The notes under the pieces were generated by a model, which ran no database searches, was not told where the DNA came from, and worked only from the letters and a program-made list of their open reading frames with translations. From NCBI GenBank assembly GCA_965237955.1, contig OZ250169.1, positions 6,688,001-6,752,000 of the forward strand: DNA of 64,000 nt, in the 5' to 3' direction. Both the position numbers and the translations under genes were made by a program. Source of the stretch: Candidatus Marinacidobacterales bacterium. GTDB lineage: Bacteria; Acidobacteriota; Vicinamibacteria; Marinacidobacterales; SMYC01. Below, in pieces: positions 31,889 to 41,436 of the stretch; position 1 is the stretch's first letter; the number at the start of each line of letters is the position of its first letter.

Positions 31889-33399
31889 GGTCTGGTCGGC
31901 GGTGGTACCTGGAGATCCGGCATCGGTCGCGTGGTGAACACCCGACGACAGGGTTTCGCGAGCCATCGTGCCCATCGGCGGGCCCGGTCTCCCCGCGCGC
32001 TGTCGGTGGCGAGACCGGTGTTCGCGTACATCTGCGGAAACAACATCGAGATGAGAACGTAGGCGAGCCGGTCGCGTAGCTTGTTGGTGACGCGCGAGCG
32101 TTTCCAAACCGCCGACAGATCGTAGAATTTGTTCCAGACTTCCTGCGTGCGCACGCGGATCTCGTCCATCGTCATCGTCGGGTGCGGGAGGTAGAGTTTG
32201 GGTCGTTTGCTACGCGGGATGAGCCAAAACCGGTTGAGAGGAATTCCCTCGACGGTTTCCTTGGCCTGATCGATCTCCTTCTCCCACTTCTGAAAATCGA
32301 CCGTTCCCGGAAACGGCGTGAGCGTGACGAACTGCGCGAAGTCCAGGCCTGCCTTGCCCGCGAGCTCCACCGTTGCGTCGAAAGTATCCTCTCGGTCCGT
32401 CGACAATCCAAAGATGAACGAGCCCAAAATATGAACATCGTGCTCGACGAACTTACGTAGCTGGCGAACCAGGTCGTCACCGGCAACGTTGAAGTCCTTG
32501 AAAACCGCTTTCAAGCCCTCCTCGGTGACCGACTCCACGCCCACGAGCGCGCCCTTGACGTTCGCCCGCTTCATCGCCTCGAGATACTCCGTATCGTCGG
32601 CGGCCTCCATGGTGATCTGAGTAAGAAACACCATGTCATGCGGGAGCTCGGCGAGGCGATCCATGAGCTCGAATCTCTCCGCGCGAATGTCCTTGAGCTC
32701 TTGAAGGCGAGGCCCGTTCCGACGCTCCTCGAGCTCGATGTCCTGAATGGTAACGGGATAGAAGTTGTCGTCGGCGAGCAGAATGAAGCGAAACCCCTTC
32801 CGTCGGAGCTCGACCACTTCCTGTACGACGACATCGGCCAGGCGTTGCCGCGGACGTTGCCCGTCGGTGCGCCACACCGAGCAGAAAGAGCAATGCTTCG
32901 GACAACCGCGCACCGTCTGAACGGACGCGATCATGTAGCTGTCAGTCGGCATGAGATCCCAGCGCGCCGGCAGAAATTGATCGCCTTCGATGCGACCCCC
33001 GTCGTAGATGCGTTGCTGCTTGCCTTCGCTGATGTCTTCGAGGACATGGCTCCAAATGTGGTCGCCGTCGCCGGTCACCACCGAGGTAGCTCCACCATGC
33101 TCGAACGCTTCTTCCGGATAGAGCGTAGGATGGGAGCCGCCGAAAACGACGTGGGCGCCTCGTTCACGCGCCTTGCGACCGAGCGTGTATCCCCGCAATG
33201 CGTTCAGCGTGTGGATGCCGATCCCCACGACGTCTCCGGGTTCGACCGTATCGAAATCCATCTCATCGAGAGTTTCGTCGACGATATTGGGCGTACCGAA
33301 CCGCGCTGGTGTGGCCGATGCCAGAACATAGAGCCAGCGAGGCACGATGATGCCTATCCCGAAGGACGTATCGTTAGGGTTAATCAGATGGACGTTCAT
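31876..33399 (-). CDS. Cobalamin-binding-domain radical SAM protein
   Basis: N-terminal B12-binding-like domain (VFGGSHPT), RGCPKHCSFC, DDNF, GVES and TPFPGT. Confidence 0.9.
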   Translation of the reverse strand: MNVHLINPNDTSFGIGIIVPRWLYVLASATPARFGTPNIVDETLDEMDFDTVEPGDVVGIGIHTLNALRGYTLGRKARERGAHVVFGGSHPTLYPEEAFEHGGATSVVTGDGDHIWSHVLEDISEGKQQRIYDGGRIEGDQFLPARWDLMPTDSYMIASVQTVRGCPKHCSFCSVWRTDGQRPRQRLADVVVQEVVELRRKGFRFILLADDNFYPVTIQDIELEERRNGPRLQELKDIRAERFELMDRLAELPHDMVFLTQITMEAADDTEYLEAMKRANVKGALVGVESVTEEGLKAVFKDFNVAGDDLVRQLRKFVEHDVHILGSFIFGLSTDREDTFDATVELAGKAGLDFAQFVTLTPFPGTVDFQKWEKEIDQAKETVEGIPLNRFWLIPRSKRPKLYLPHPTMTMDEIRVRTQEVWNKFYDLSAVWKRSRVTNKLRDRLAYVLISMLFPQMYANTGLATDSARGDRARRWARWLAKPCRRVFTTRPMPDLQVPPPTRPQYV

Positions 33400-33538
33400 G
33401 CAGGAGTCTCCGCAAGTGGTCGCGTTCACGTGAAAGGCGTTGCCGGCCAAACGGGACCATAGCCCGATCGCAAGATAGGCGAGGATACTGGAGCCCGGAC
33501 CCGGTGTCAACGAATAGCGACATGATAGGATTCCGTGG

Positions 33539-33961
33539 ATGGTGCATGGGGATTCAACCGACGTCGACGGTCTCACGATTCTCGGCGGCGGCAAGACGAC
33601 CTTCCCGTCGAGCCCAGACGAAGCGACCCTCGAGACGTTCGCGAACGCCTACCCGGACCGCAACTACAACATCCTGCTGGATTGCCCCGAGTTCACGTCG
33701 CTTTGCCCGATGACGGGGCAGCCGGATTTTGGCCGCATCGTCATCGACTACGTGCCCGGCGAGCGGTGCATCGAGAGCAAGTATTTGAATATGTATTTGT
33801 TTTCTTTTCGAAACCACGGCGGTTTCGGCGAAGCGATCGTGAATCGCATCCTCAACGATGTTGTCGCGGCGTGTATACCGAGACGCGCCACCGTGCGTGG
33901 AAGCTTCGCTCCGCGCGGCGGGATCAGCATCGAAGTCACCGCGAGCTTTCCCGAGGAGTAG
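33539..33961 (+). CDS. queF: NADPH-dependent preQ0 reductase, type I
   Basis: PEFTSLCPMTGQPDF, ESK..MYLFSFRN and PRGGI. Confidence 0.88.
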   Translation: MVHGDSTDVDGLTILGGGKTTFPSSPDEATLETFANAYPDRNYNILLDCPEFTSLCPMTGQPDFGRIVIDYVPGERCIESKYLNMYLFSFRNHGGFGEAIVNRILNDVVAACIPRRATVRGSFAPRGGISIEVTASFPEE

Positions 33962-33967
33962 AACCGG

Positions 33968-34255
33968 ATGGCTGCTTATCTAATCGCGCGCGTCGAGGTC
34001 ACGAACCCGGACGTTTACCAGAACTACAAGAAGCTAGCGGCCGAGGCGATCGCGAAATATGAAGGACACTACCTCGCACGGGGTGGCAACATGGAAACCC
34101 TGGAAGGTGACGAGGAGTCGCGGCGGGTAGTGATCGTCGCGTTCCCCACCCTCGAACAAGCGAAGACGTTCTACAACTCGCCGGAGTATGCAGAAGCCAA
34201 AGCAGCCCGCGAAGGCGCTGCCAAGGGGCAGTTCATCGTCGTCGACGGCATTTAG
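33968..34255 (+). CDS. DUF1330 family protein
   Basis: YLARGG...LEG...RVVIVAFP...FYNSPEY. Confidence 0.88.
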   Translation: MAAYLIARVEVTNPDVYQNYKKLAAEAIAKYEGHYLARGGNMETLEGDEESRRVVIVAFPTLEQAKTFYNSPEYAEAKAAREGAAKGQFIVVDGI

Positions 34256-34261
34256 CAGCTG

Positions 34262-34471
34262 ATGACCGGCGGCCTCAAGCGCCGAAAATATGGCCACCGA
34301 GACACAGCGACCCAGTTTGCTTCGGAGCCGTCGAACGCAGCACACTTGGCCATGCAAATCGCGAGCTCGACCCGTGTCCAAAAGAGCGTGCAGAAAGACG
34401 TCATGAAGAACATGCAGGGTGATCTCGACGCGAGCAAGACCGCCATCGAACGCTACTACAGGGAACGCTAG
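34262..34471 (+). CDS. Hypothetical 69-aa protein
   Basis: Follows DUF1330 after 6 nt and fills the gap up to the sortase stop; no recognised motif. Confidence 0.4.
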   Translation: MTGGLKRRKYGHRDTATQFASEPSNAAHLAMQIASSTRVQKSVQKDVMKNMQGDLDASKTAIERYYRER

Positions 34472-35163
34472 TCGTCTGTCGCGATCGCGCGCACCACGTA
34501 AGCGTTCGGGCCCGCCGGGAACGACCGCATGGAAGGGAAAACACGTCACCAGCGTCAGCATCTTGTCGTCCGTCGGCTCTAGAACCCATAGATCGTTTTC
34601 GTCGACGACGAGCGTGGTCTCGACGCGATAGCGATGTCGCTTCGAGTCTGGCGTGTCGATGACGAGCTCGTCACCCGGCGTCAAATGCTCGAGGAACGCG
34701 AAGTGGGTGTCGCGGTGACCGCTCACGACCGCGTTCGATGCACCGCCCAACACGTCCGAGCTCCCTACGTGCGTCGGCCCGAACGCCATGTTGCGGCCGC
34801 TCGCGCCGGCGAGAACGAAGTAGTCTTCAGATAGCCGGGGCGCTCTCAAGAGCGCCACCGGCCAGGTGTCGGCCCAGGGCCAGGGCTTGGGCTCGGCCGC
34901 CCCGGCGACCCGTTGTTCCCAAGCCCGAGTCAGGAGGAGTTGGGCCAACTGTGCCTTGGCGAGAATCCAAATGCTCTCGCCGAAGAGCGCAAGCGCAGTC
35001 CCCTGTATCAGAACAAACTAGATAAAGCAGAGCTTGCCGGAACCCTTCTAAGTGCATGAATCTTATGAATATTATGGGCTGGCGAAAAGCCTAACTTTGT
35101 ATAGTAATCAAAGATCCAGGGGACTAGGGCGATGAAGAATAAACCGAACGCTCGTCTTTGCAT
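34468..35163 (-). pseudogene. Class GN (marine proteobacterial-type) sortase interrupted by a MITE, with a C-terminal frameshift
   Basis: AKAQLAQLLL, KPWPWADTWPVA, SGHRDTHF and LTLVTCFPF; the N-terminus MQRRAFGLFFIAL lies on the other side of the MITE. Confidence 0.85.
34999..35123. mobile_element. 125-bp MITE, copy 1
   Basis: TCCCCTG...CAGGGGA terminal inverted repeats; near-identical to 41977-42101 and 50856-50980; CTAG on the right flank and CAG on the left. Confidence 0.88.
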
Positions 35164-37301
35164 GATTTGTCGCCGCTCCAATGAATCAACAGACCGATAA
35201 TGAGAAGAAGAAACCCTAGAAGCGCGAGCAACTGGGCCGGCGTACTTCCTTGGGGCAGCGTTCCCACCGTGTGCTGGTAGCTCCAGCCTGCGGGCAGTTG
35301 CGTGGGCACCGCCTTCGTCATCCCCTTAGTCATCGGTGTACCGTGAGGTGCCGTCGGAGTGACGTCGACCGCGACAAGGCTCGTGAACCTCGACACCAGG
35401 TGGTGTTGTAGTGCCACATCGACCACCTGCGCCCGAACCTCGTCTCGGTCCGCCCCCTCCGTCATCGAATCCATCGAATCCACGCCTGCGGCAATTTTCC
35501 TGCGTGCCCACAGTTTGGCAACGCCGGAGTGCGTCTTACCGCCTCGAAGTTGAAACCCGATCCCCCAGGGCTGATCACCTCGTTGTCCCCTAACATCCAG
35601 TCCGCTGGAGACGTCGGGCAGCCGTGCGGTCACGACCACCGGCTCGCCCTGATAAAGATCGGGTATCCGCTTCGGCCAGACTTCGACGCGATCGTCTTCG
35701 AAGTCGAGCTCGATTCTGCTCAACACCGGGCTTTCGATCTTCCGAAAGAGCTCGCCCATCTTTTCGGAGACTTCACCCACGGTCCCGACGTAGGTGAACG
35801 TCCCACGACCGAACTTCGCCGCGCGCGTCATGAAGTGCGAGTTCGGTGCCGAGCCGATGCCGACGGTGAACAGGCGTCGCTCACCCAAGTTTTCTTGAAT
35901 GTAAGCAAACAGTTGCGCTTCGTTGCCAACGCTGCCGTCGGTAATAAAGATGACCTGGCGCACGCGATTCGATTCGAGGTCCCCTCTCTGCGAGAACGCC
36001 GCCGTCAGCGCGGACAACATCTCGGTGCCAGCGTTCGCGCCCAAACGCTCGACGTAGGCGCGTGCCCTCCCGATCGCCGGTCGGCCAGCGGCTACGGGCT
36101 GGTCGAAGAGCTTCGACGTCCGCGAATTGAACTGGATGACGTTGAAGGAATCCTCCGGCTGCAGTCGATCGAGTGCCATGAGGAGTGCCCGACGCGCTTG
36201 CTCGATCGACGTTCCGTGCATCGAGCCCGAGGTATCGATGACGAAGATCGTCTCGCGCGGCAGCCGTGCTCCCTTCCCTTCGACCTGCGGCGGGAGGAGC
36301 ATCAACATTATGTAGTTGTCCCCATCCACGCTCTCGGTAAACAAAGCCGCGCGGGGCGCGTCGCCCACCTCCGGCTTCCAACTCAACGTGAAGTCACGGT
36401 CCGCCGGCGTCGGCGTCTCCGAAAGCGAGATGCGGTAGCGAAAGCCGCCTTGATGCTCCACCCGGATGCGGTGCGAGGAACTGTCGATGCTCGGAAGCGG
36501 CATGCCCAGTCCAAGCTCGACCTCGAGATCGACGAGATTCTCGCGTTCCACACTCGGGTGGAGCACCGGCGGCGTCACCCTGCCCGCGTCAGGAACTATA
36601 TCGGTCGCCGCCCCCCAACCTGTTCCCGAGAACGCAACCTGTTCCGTGAGGGGCTTGCCGGGAATGTAGCGAGGCCCCACCACCATCGGGAAGCGCAAAT
36701 CGAACCGACCGGCTTGGTAGCGAATGTCTTCCTGGTATTCGAGCTGCACTTGCACCTCTTCGTGAGGCCCAATGTGCGCCACCGACATGGTGAAAATGTT
36801 CGGACGCTCTTGCTCGAGAAGCGACGCCTTCTTTCCAGCCTTCTTCGCCTTCTCGTAAGTTTGGCGCGCCTTCTGTTTTTCCTGGATCTGAGCCTCGATC
36901 ACCCGCTCGCCAATCACCATACGGAGGGTGTCGACCGCCGAGCGTTCGGGCAGCGGGAAAACGTAAACGCCTTCGACCCACTCACCCGAGGGATTGCGGA
37001 AGGTTTGCACCACCCGAGTCCGACCGATGAGCCCGGTCACGTGGATGCGCACTTTCGTCTCCACGGTGGGTGCCGGGACATACCCGCGGTCCACGTCCGT
37101 GCGCAGCAACAAGCTCCCCATCTGAACGTTGGCGGGCGTGACAGTCTGAGGCCGCGCCCGCTGCTTCATCGACGCCCACCCGGACGCCGCAAAAGCGGTG
37201 ACGATCGCAAAGGCGATGATCCGCTGGCTGATGGCCGATGGCCGATGGCCGATGGCCGATGGCCGACGGCCGATGGCGCTGCAAATGAATGTCCTCCTCA
37301 T
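35124..37301 (-). CDS. VIT + vWA domain sortase target protein
   Basis: VIT domain (EGVYVFPLP), MIDAS DTSGSM, ITDG, HHLVSRFTSLVAVD and C-terminal LPQGS followed by a TM helix; GGGAGGA RBS. Confidence 0.92.
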   Translation of the reverse strand: MRRTFICSAIGRRPSAIGHRPSAISQRIIAFAIVTAFAASGWASMKQRARPQTVTPANVQMGSLLLRTDVDRGYVPAPTVETKVRIHVTGLIGRTRVVQTFRNPSGEWVEGVYVFPLPERSAVDTLRMVIGERVIEAQIQEKQKARQTYEKAKKAGKKASLLEQERPNIFTMSVAHIGPHEEVQVQLEYQEDIRYQAGRFDLRFPMVVGPRYIPGKPLTEQVAFSGTGWGAATDIVPDAGRVTPPVLHPSVERENLVDLEVELGLGMPLPSIDSSSHRIRVEHQGGFRYRISLSETPTPADRDFTLSWKPEVGDAPRAALFTESVDGDNYIMLMLLPPQVEGKGARLPRETIFVIDTSGSMHGTSIEQARRALLMALDRLQPEDSFNVIQFNSRTSKLFDQPVAAGRPAIGRARAYVERLGANAGTEMLSALTAAFSQRGDLESNRVRQVIFITDGSVGNEAQLFAYIQENLGERRLFTVGIGSAPNSHFMTRAAKFGRGTFTYVGTVGEVSEKMGELFRKIESPVLSRIELDFEDDRVEVWPKRIPDLYQGEPVVVTARLPDVSSGLDVRGQRGDQPWGIGFQLRGGKTHSGVAKLWARRKIAAGVDSMDSMTEGADRDEVRAQVVDVALQHHLVSRFTSLVAVDVTPTAPHGTPMTKGMTKAVPTQLPAGWSYQHTVGTLPQGSTPAQLLALLGFLLLIIGLLIHWSGDKSCKDERSVYSSSP
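37225..37277. repeat. Heptamer tandem repeat inside the VIT gene signal region
   Basis: About seven GGCCGAT units, translated as IGRRPSAIGHRPSAISQ. Confidence 0.85.
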
Positions 37302-37463
37302 TGGATCCTCCCGAGTGGCGCATTGTTCCGATGTCCCTACACCCCTATTTAAGGGCGCCGGTGCGCTCCGGGAGCGACAGACGCGTGGCGAATCGATGGA
37401 ACAATGTGGCAATCCCGTGGCAGGGGTAGCCGGCCTCGAAACCATGCGCTACATTGGAATTAC

Positions 37464-38180
37464 ATGGCAAAGCACATGGCTTCCGTCGCCATCGTCGACG
37501 ACGAGGAGAACCTCCGGGAGACGGTGGCGTACGCGCTCCGGCGTGAGGGCTACCACGTGGATCTCTACCGCGACGGCCAGGACGCATGGGAGAGGCTCGA
37601 GGGCGATCTCCCCGATGTCGCCGTTCTCGACATCTTGATGCCGCGGATGGACGGTCTCGAGCTCTGCCGCAAGCTCCGTGGCCAATCAGAGCTTCTGCCC
37701 ATCATCTTTCTCACCTCGAAAGACGAAGAGTTCGATCGTGTGCTCGGGCTCGAGCTCGGCGCAGACGATTACCTGTGCAAGCCTTTTGCGATGCGGGAGC
37801 TGGTCGCGCGGATCAAAGTTCTATTCCGCCGCCTCGCTCTCGCCGGCGCCAATGCGGACACCGACGGCGAAGAAGTCGTGAGCCTCGGCTCCCTCTCCCT
37901 CGATATGAGGCGCTATCAAGCGACGTGGAAGGACACGCCGTTGTCACTCACCGTCACCGAGTTCATGTTGTTGCACGCTCTCGCGCGCCGTCCCGGCCAT
38001 GTCAAATCGCGGGCGCGGCTCATGGAAGAGTGCTATCCGCACGACGCCTACGTGAGCGAGCGCACCATCGACAGCCACGTCAAGAGGCTCCGCAAGAAAT
38101 TCGGCCACATCGATCCCGACTTCGACGAGATCGACACGGTGTACGGACTGGGCTACCGTTATCGTGAGCACCAAAGCTGA
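37464..38180 (+). CDS. OmpR-family response regulator (ChvI/PdsR-like)
   Basis: VDDE, LDILMP, FLTS, ADDYLCKPF and a winged helix with RTIDSHVKRLR and TVYGLGY. Confidence 0.94.
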   Translation: MAKHMASVAIVDDEENLRETVAYALRREGYHVDLYRDGQDAWERLEGDLPDVAVLDILMPRMDGLELCRKLRGQSELLPIIFLTSKDEEFDRVLGLELGADDYLCKPFAMRELVARIKVLFRRLALAGANADTDGEEVVSLGSLSLDMRRYQATWKDTPLSLTVTEFMLLHALARRPGHVKSRARLMEECYPHDAYVSERTIDSHVKRLRKKFGHIDPDFDEIDTVYGLGYRYREHQS

Positions 38181-39747
38181 CCGCGCTCCCCTCCTGGGCA
38201 TCCGGCGCTTCGTCTCCCGCATCTCGATCCGACTGCTCGCGTTCAACGTTCTTCTCGTTTTCCTCCCGCTCGCTAGCGTCTCGTACCTGGAAATCTACGA
38301 ACGAAAACTCCTGCAAGCGCAAGAGCAATCGATGGTCCAGCAAGCGCGCGTGCTCGCCGCTGCACTTTCCGAGCGAGGAGCAATCGCCGAGACGCTGGTC
38401 GAGCCTATCCTCGTCCGTCTCAATCAGCGAACGACATCGCGTATCCGTGTCATCAACCAAGAACACCGGCTCGTCTCCGACACCAGCCTCCTCGGACCTC
38501 AGCGCGAGCCCGGACGGGACGCTAGAGAAGACGAAAGCGTGCGCTCGAGCTGGATGTACCGGCTCGGCTCGTCGCTATTTCGATTCGTCGATACCATCAT
38601 CGCCGGACCCGGACCCGTCATCGGCGAGGAGTTCTACTCGGCGGAGCGTCGCTTCGACGGCGCCGAGATCGAGCTCGCGTTCAACGGACAATACGGCGCC
38701 GCGACGCGCATCACGCCCGGAGGCCAGCGTTCGGTAACGCTCTACAGCGCGCTCCCGGTCGAAAACGACGGAGCGGTCACAGGCGTCGTTCTCGTCTCTC
38801 AGTCGACGTTCCAAATTCTCCAAGACCTCTATGAAGTTCGACTCGAGATCTTCCGTTTTCTTCTCGTGGCCGTCGGTGTCGCCGCGGTCTTGAGCCTTTT
38901 GGTATCGACCACCATTTCGCGTCCGCTGAAGCGTCTACGTCGTCAGGCACTGGCGATTCTCGACCGCCGCGGACGTCTCACCGGCCGTTTCAAAGGCTCC
39001 GAACGCCTCGACGAGATCGGCGATCTCAGCCGCTCGCTCTCGGAGCTTTCCTCCCGCCTCGAAGAGCGAATGCATTTCATCGAGTCCTTTGCCGCGGACG
39101 TTTCGCACGAGTTCAAGAATCCCCTCGCCTCGATGCGCTCGGCGGCGGAAATGCTTGCCGAGGTCGAAGACCCCAAAGAGCGCGAGCGTTTCGCGCGCAT
39201 CGTCGAAGTGGACATCGCGCGGCTCGAGAAACTTCTTTCCGAAGTCCGGGAGATCACGCTTCTCGACAGGTCGACAGCTGAGGATGACGCTGAGGATGAC
39301 GGGCTCCCCGGCCCCGTCGATCTCAACGCGGTCCTCAGAGGGGTGGCGGGACGAGAACGCTATGAGTCCGTCGAGCTCGAGCTGGATCTCGCCGAGGGTG
39401 AAGTCGTGGTCGCGGCCGGTCCCGATCGGCTAGCGCGCGTTTTCGAGAACTTGATCGATAACGCCGTTGGTTTCTCGAAGGACGGTCACGTTCGGGTGAG
39501 CTCGAAAGTGGAAGGACGTGAGGCTCTCGCCGTGGTCGAAGACAACGGGCCCGGCATTCCCGAAGAACACGGCGACAAAGTGTTCGACCGCTTCTTCAGT
39601 TTCCGACCCGACGGGACACCGTCCGAGCACAGCGGCCTCGGTCTCGCGATCGTGAAGGCGATCTTGGAGCGACGCGGCGGCAGCATCCGCACCGTGGCCT
39701 CGACGCTCGGCGGCGCCGGCTTCGAAGTCCGGTTGAAACTCGCTTAG
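38164..39747 (+). CDS. Sensor histidine kinase (ChvG/PdsS-like)
   Basis: Two TM helices, HAMP (DEIGDL), HEFKNPL, NLIDNA, DNGPGI and GLGLAI. Confidence 0.94.
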   Translation: MSTKADRAPLLGIRRFVSRISIRLLAFNVLLVFLPLASVSYLEIYERKLLQAQEQSMVQQARVLAAALSERGAIAETLVEPILVRLNQRTTSRIRVINQEHRLVSDTSLLGPQREPGRDAREDESVRSSWMYRLGSSLFRFVDTIIAGPGPVIGEEFYSAERRFDGAEIELAFNGQYGAATRITPGGQRSVTLYSALPVENDGAVTGVVLVSQSTFQILQDLYEVRLEIFRFLLVAVGVAAVLSLLVSTTISRPLKRLRRQALAILDRRGRLTGRFKGSERLDEIGDLSRSLSELSSRLEERMHFIESFAADVSHEFKNPLASMRSAAEMLAEVEDPKERERFARIVEVDIARLEKLLSEVREITLLDRSTAEDDAEDDGLPGPVDLNAVLRGVAGRERYESVELELDLAEGEVVVAAGPDRLARVFENLIDNAVGFSKDGHVRVSSKVEGREALAVVEDNGPGIPEEHGDKVFDRFFSFRPDGTPSEHSGLGLAIVKAILERRGGSIRTVASTLGGAGFEVRLKLA

Positions 39748-39844
39748 ACCGAACCCGCCTTCTCCCTCGCCGAAGCTTCACATGAAGGCTGGTGGGGGCG
39801 CCGGGCACCAGATTCGGGTGGCCGTGTGGCGTCGTGCTTTGGAC

Positions 39845-39864
39845 AACTGTGTCCGGACACAGTT
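39845..39864. repeat. Perfect 20-bp palindrome, with degenerate copies at 40577-40596 and 41141-41158
   Basis: AACTGTGTCC-GGACACAGTT. Confidence 0.8.
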
Positions 39865-40095
39865 AGGCGTGAACGCTCGATAAAAAAAGTTAGAGAGAAA
39901 CTATTTTTTTCTTGACAGCTTTTTCGAAGCGCTTTGATAAAAAGTGCGGGTCCGATCTGTGATGTGTCTGTGCGCGCGTCAGAGCAACGATAGACGCGTT
40001 GTTTTTACTGTCGAGACTTTGAAAGACCCTTTATGTCTTTGCGCTTGATGTGAGCGAACCACAGGCGACAAAAAAGTCCATGCTATAAGAGGCTC

Positions 40096-41160
40096 ATGAA
40101 TAACAAAGACGATTTGAAATCGCTTTCCGACGACGAGTTGCTTCGTCGCTTGTCGGATGTGTTGGCGCAGTCGCGACGCGTGGAGTGGGTTCTCGTTGCA
40201 CACATCGCTGAAGTCGATGCGCGTCGTCTGTATGCGCGCGAGGGCTCGCCTTCCATGTTTCAGTACTGCCAAGACGTATTGCATTTGTCGGAGTCGGAAG
40301 CCTATCGACGTATCGCTGCCGCTCGTGTCTCACGCAGCTACCCCGTGATCCTGAAGATGCTCGAGGATGGACGCCTTCACTTGGCCGGCATCTCGGTGCT
40401 GAAAAAGCATCTAACGGATTCGAATTACGAAGACGTTTTGACTAGAGCAACGCACAAGACGAAGAGTCAGATCGAAGAGCTCGTGGCCGAGTTGGCTCCA
40501 AAGCCGGATGTTCCACCGAAGATTCGCAAGCGACCGCAACGCATAGCCAAGTCCGAGTCGCCGAAGTCTGTGCCCGAACTAATTCCGGACACAGTTGAGC
40601 AAACTGCTCCGGCAACGAAGCCAGAGCCTCCGGCGTCCCTTGAGAAGCCGGCCACCGTCGAGCAACTGGCACCAGCTCGCTACAAAGTGGAGTTCACCGC
40701 GAGCGAGGAGCTCCGCGACAAGCTCAGGCGACTCGAAGCACTCATGCCCGACTGCAACCTAGCCGAAGTCGTCGAAGCGGCCGTGATGGAGAAACTCGAG
40801 CGTCTCGAAGCCAAACGCTACGGCAAGACGAATAAGCCGAGAAGGAACCTCGAAGACGCCGATACGTCACCGGGCGTGCGCGGCATCGCCGCTCCCGTCA
40901 AGCGCGCCGTGTGGGAGCGCGACCGTGGCCAATGCACTTTTATCAACGGCAACGGCAAACGCTGCCCCGAGCGCTACAGGCTCGAGTTCCACCACGACGA
41001 GCCCTACGCGCTAGGCGGCGATCGAAGCGCAGACAACATCCGGCTGCTCTGTCGAGCCCATAATGCCTACATGGCGGAGATGGACTACGGCAAAGCCAAG
41101 ATGGACCAGTTCCGCGCCTGCGAACCCAAGCCTACGTTCGAACTGTGTCTGGAAGCTTGA
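40096..41160 (+). CDS. DUF222-like/HNH endonuclease
   Basis: LVAHIAEVDARRLY..SMFQYC...LSESEAYRRI N-domain; VWERDRGQC...C...EFHH..P...GG...NIRLLCRAHN HNH domain. Confidence 0.88.
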   Translation: MNNKDDLKSLSDDELLRRLSDVLAQSRRVEWVLVAHIAEVDARRLYAREGSPSMFQYCQDVLHLSESEAYRRIAAARVSRSYPVILKMLEDGRLHLAGISVLKKHLTDSNYEDVLTRATHKTKSQIEELVAELAPKPDVPPKIRKRPQRIAKSESPKSVPELIPDTVEQTAPATKPEPPASLEKPATVEQLAPARYKVEFTASEELRDKLRRLEALMPDCNLAEVVEAAVMEKLERLEAKRYGKTNKPRRNLEDADTSPGVRGIAAPVKRAVWERDRGQCTFINGNGKRCPERYRLEFHHDEPYALGGDRSADNIRLLCRAHNAYMAEMDYGKAKMDQFRACEPKPTFELCLEA

Positions 41161-41436
41161 GACTCCGCCGATGCCATCGCGGCGGCCCCGCGGCCCTACA
41201 ACCTGTTGCCCGGAGCACCCGCTGCCCATCGCCCACACATCGAATCACCACGGCGCGCAGTCTGTGTCAAGGTCGGCGAAGCCGCCGAGCGAAGCGAAGG
41301 TAACCTTGACACGCGCGAGCACCGTCTTATCGGGCGATGGCCTGTCGGTTTCTCATGGACGGGCGCCGAGAAGGCGCGCGGGCAAATTCCACTATCAGAA
41401 ATCGCTCGGGAGTTTGTTGTGCGGATTCAGAAGTAA

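Noticed and set aside
35529-37352. Long antisense ORFs (also 21881..23485, 47843..49168, 19645..20757)
   Set aside because: Shadow frames of well-supported genes in high-GC DNA, with no motifs of their own.
39790-39805. tRNA/tmRNA-like 3' end (CCCGGCGCCCCCACCA on the minus strand)
   Set aside because: Only 16 nt with no proper T-loop or rest of a cloverleaf; at most an att-site remnant and not supportable as an RNA gene.
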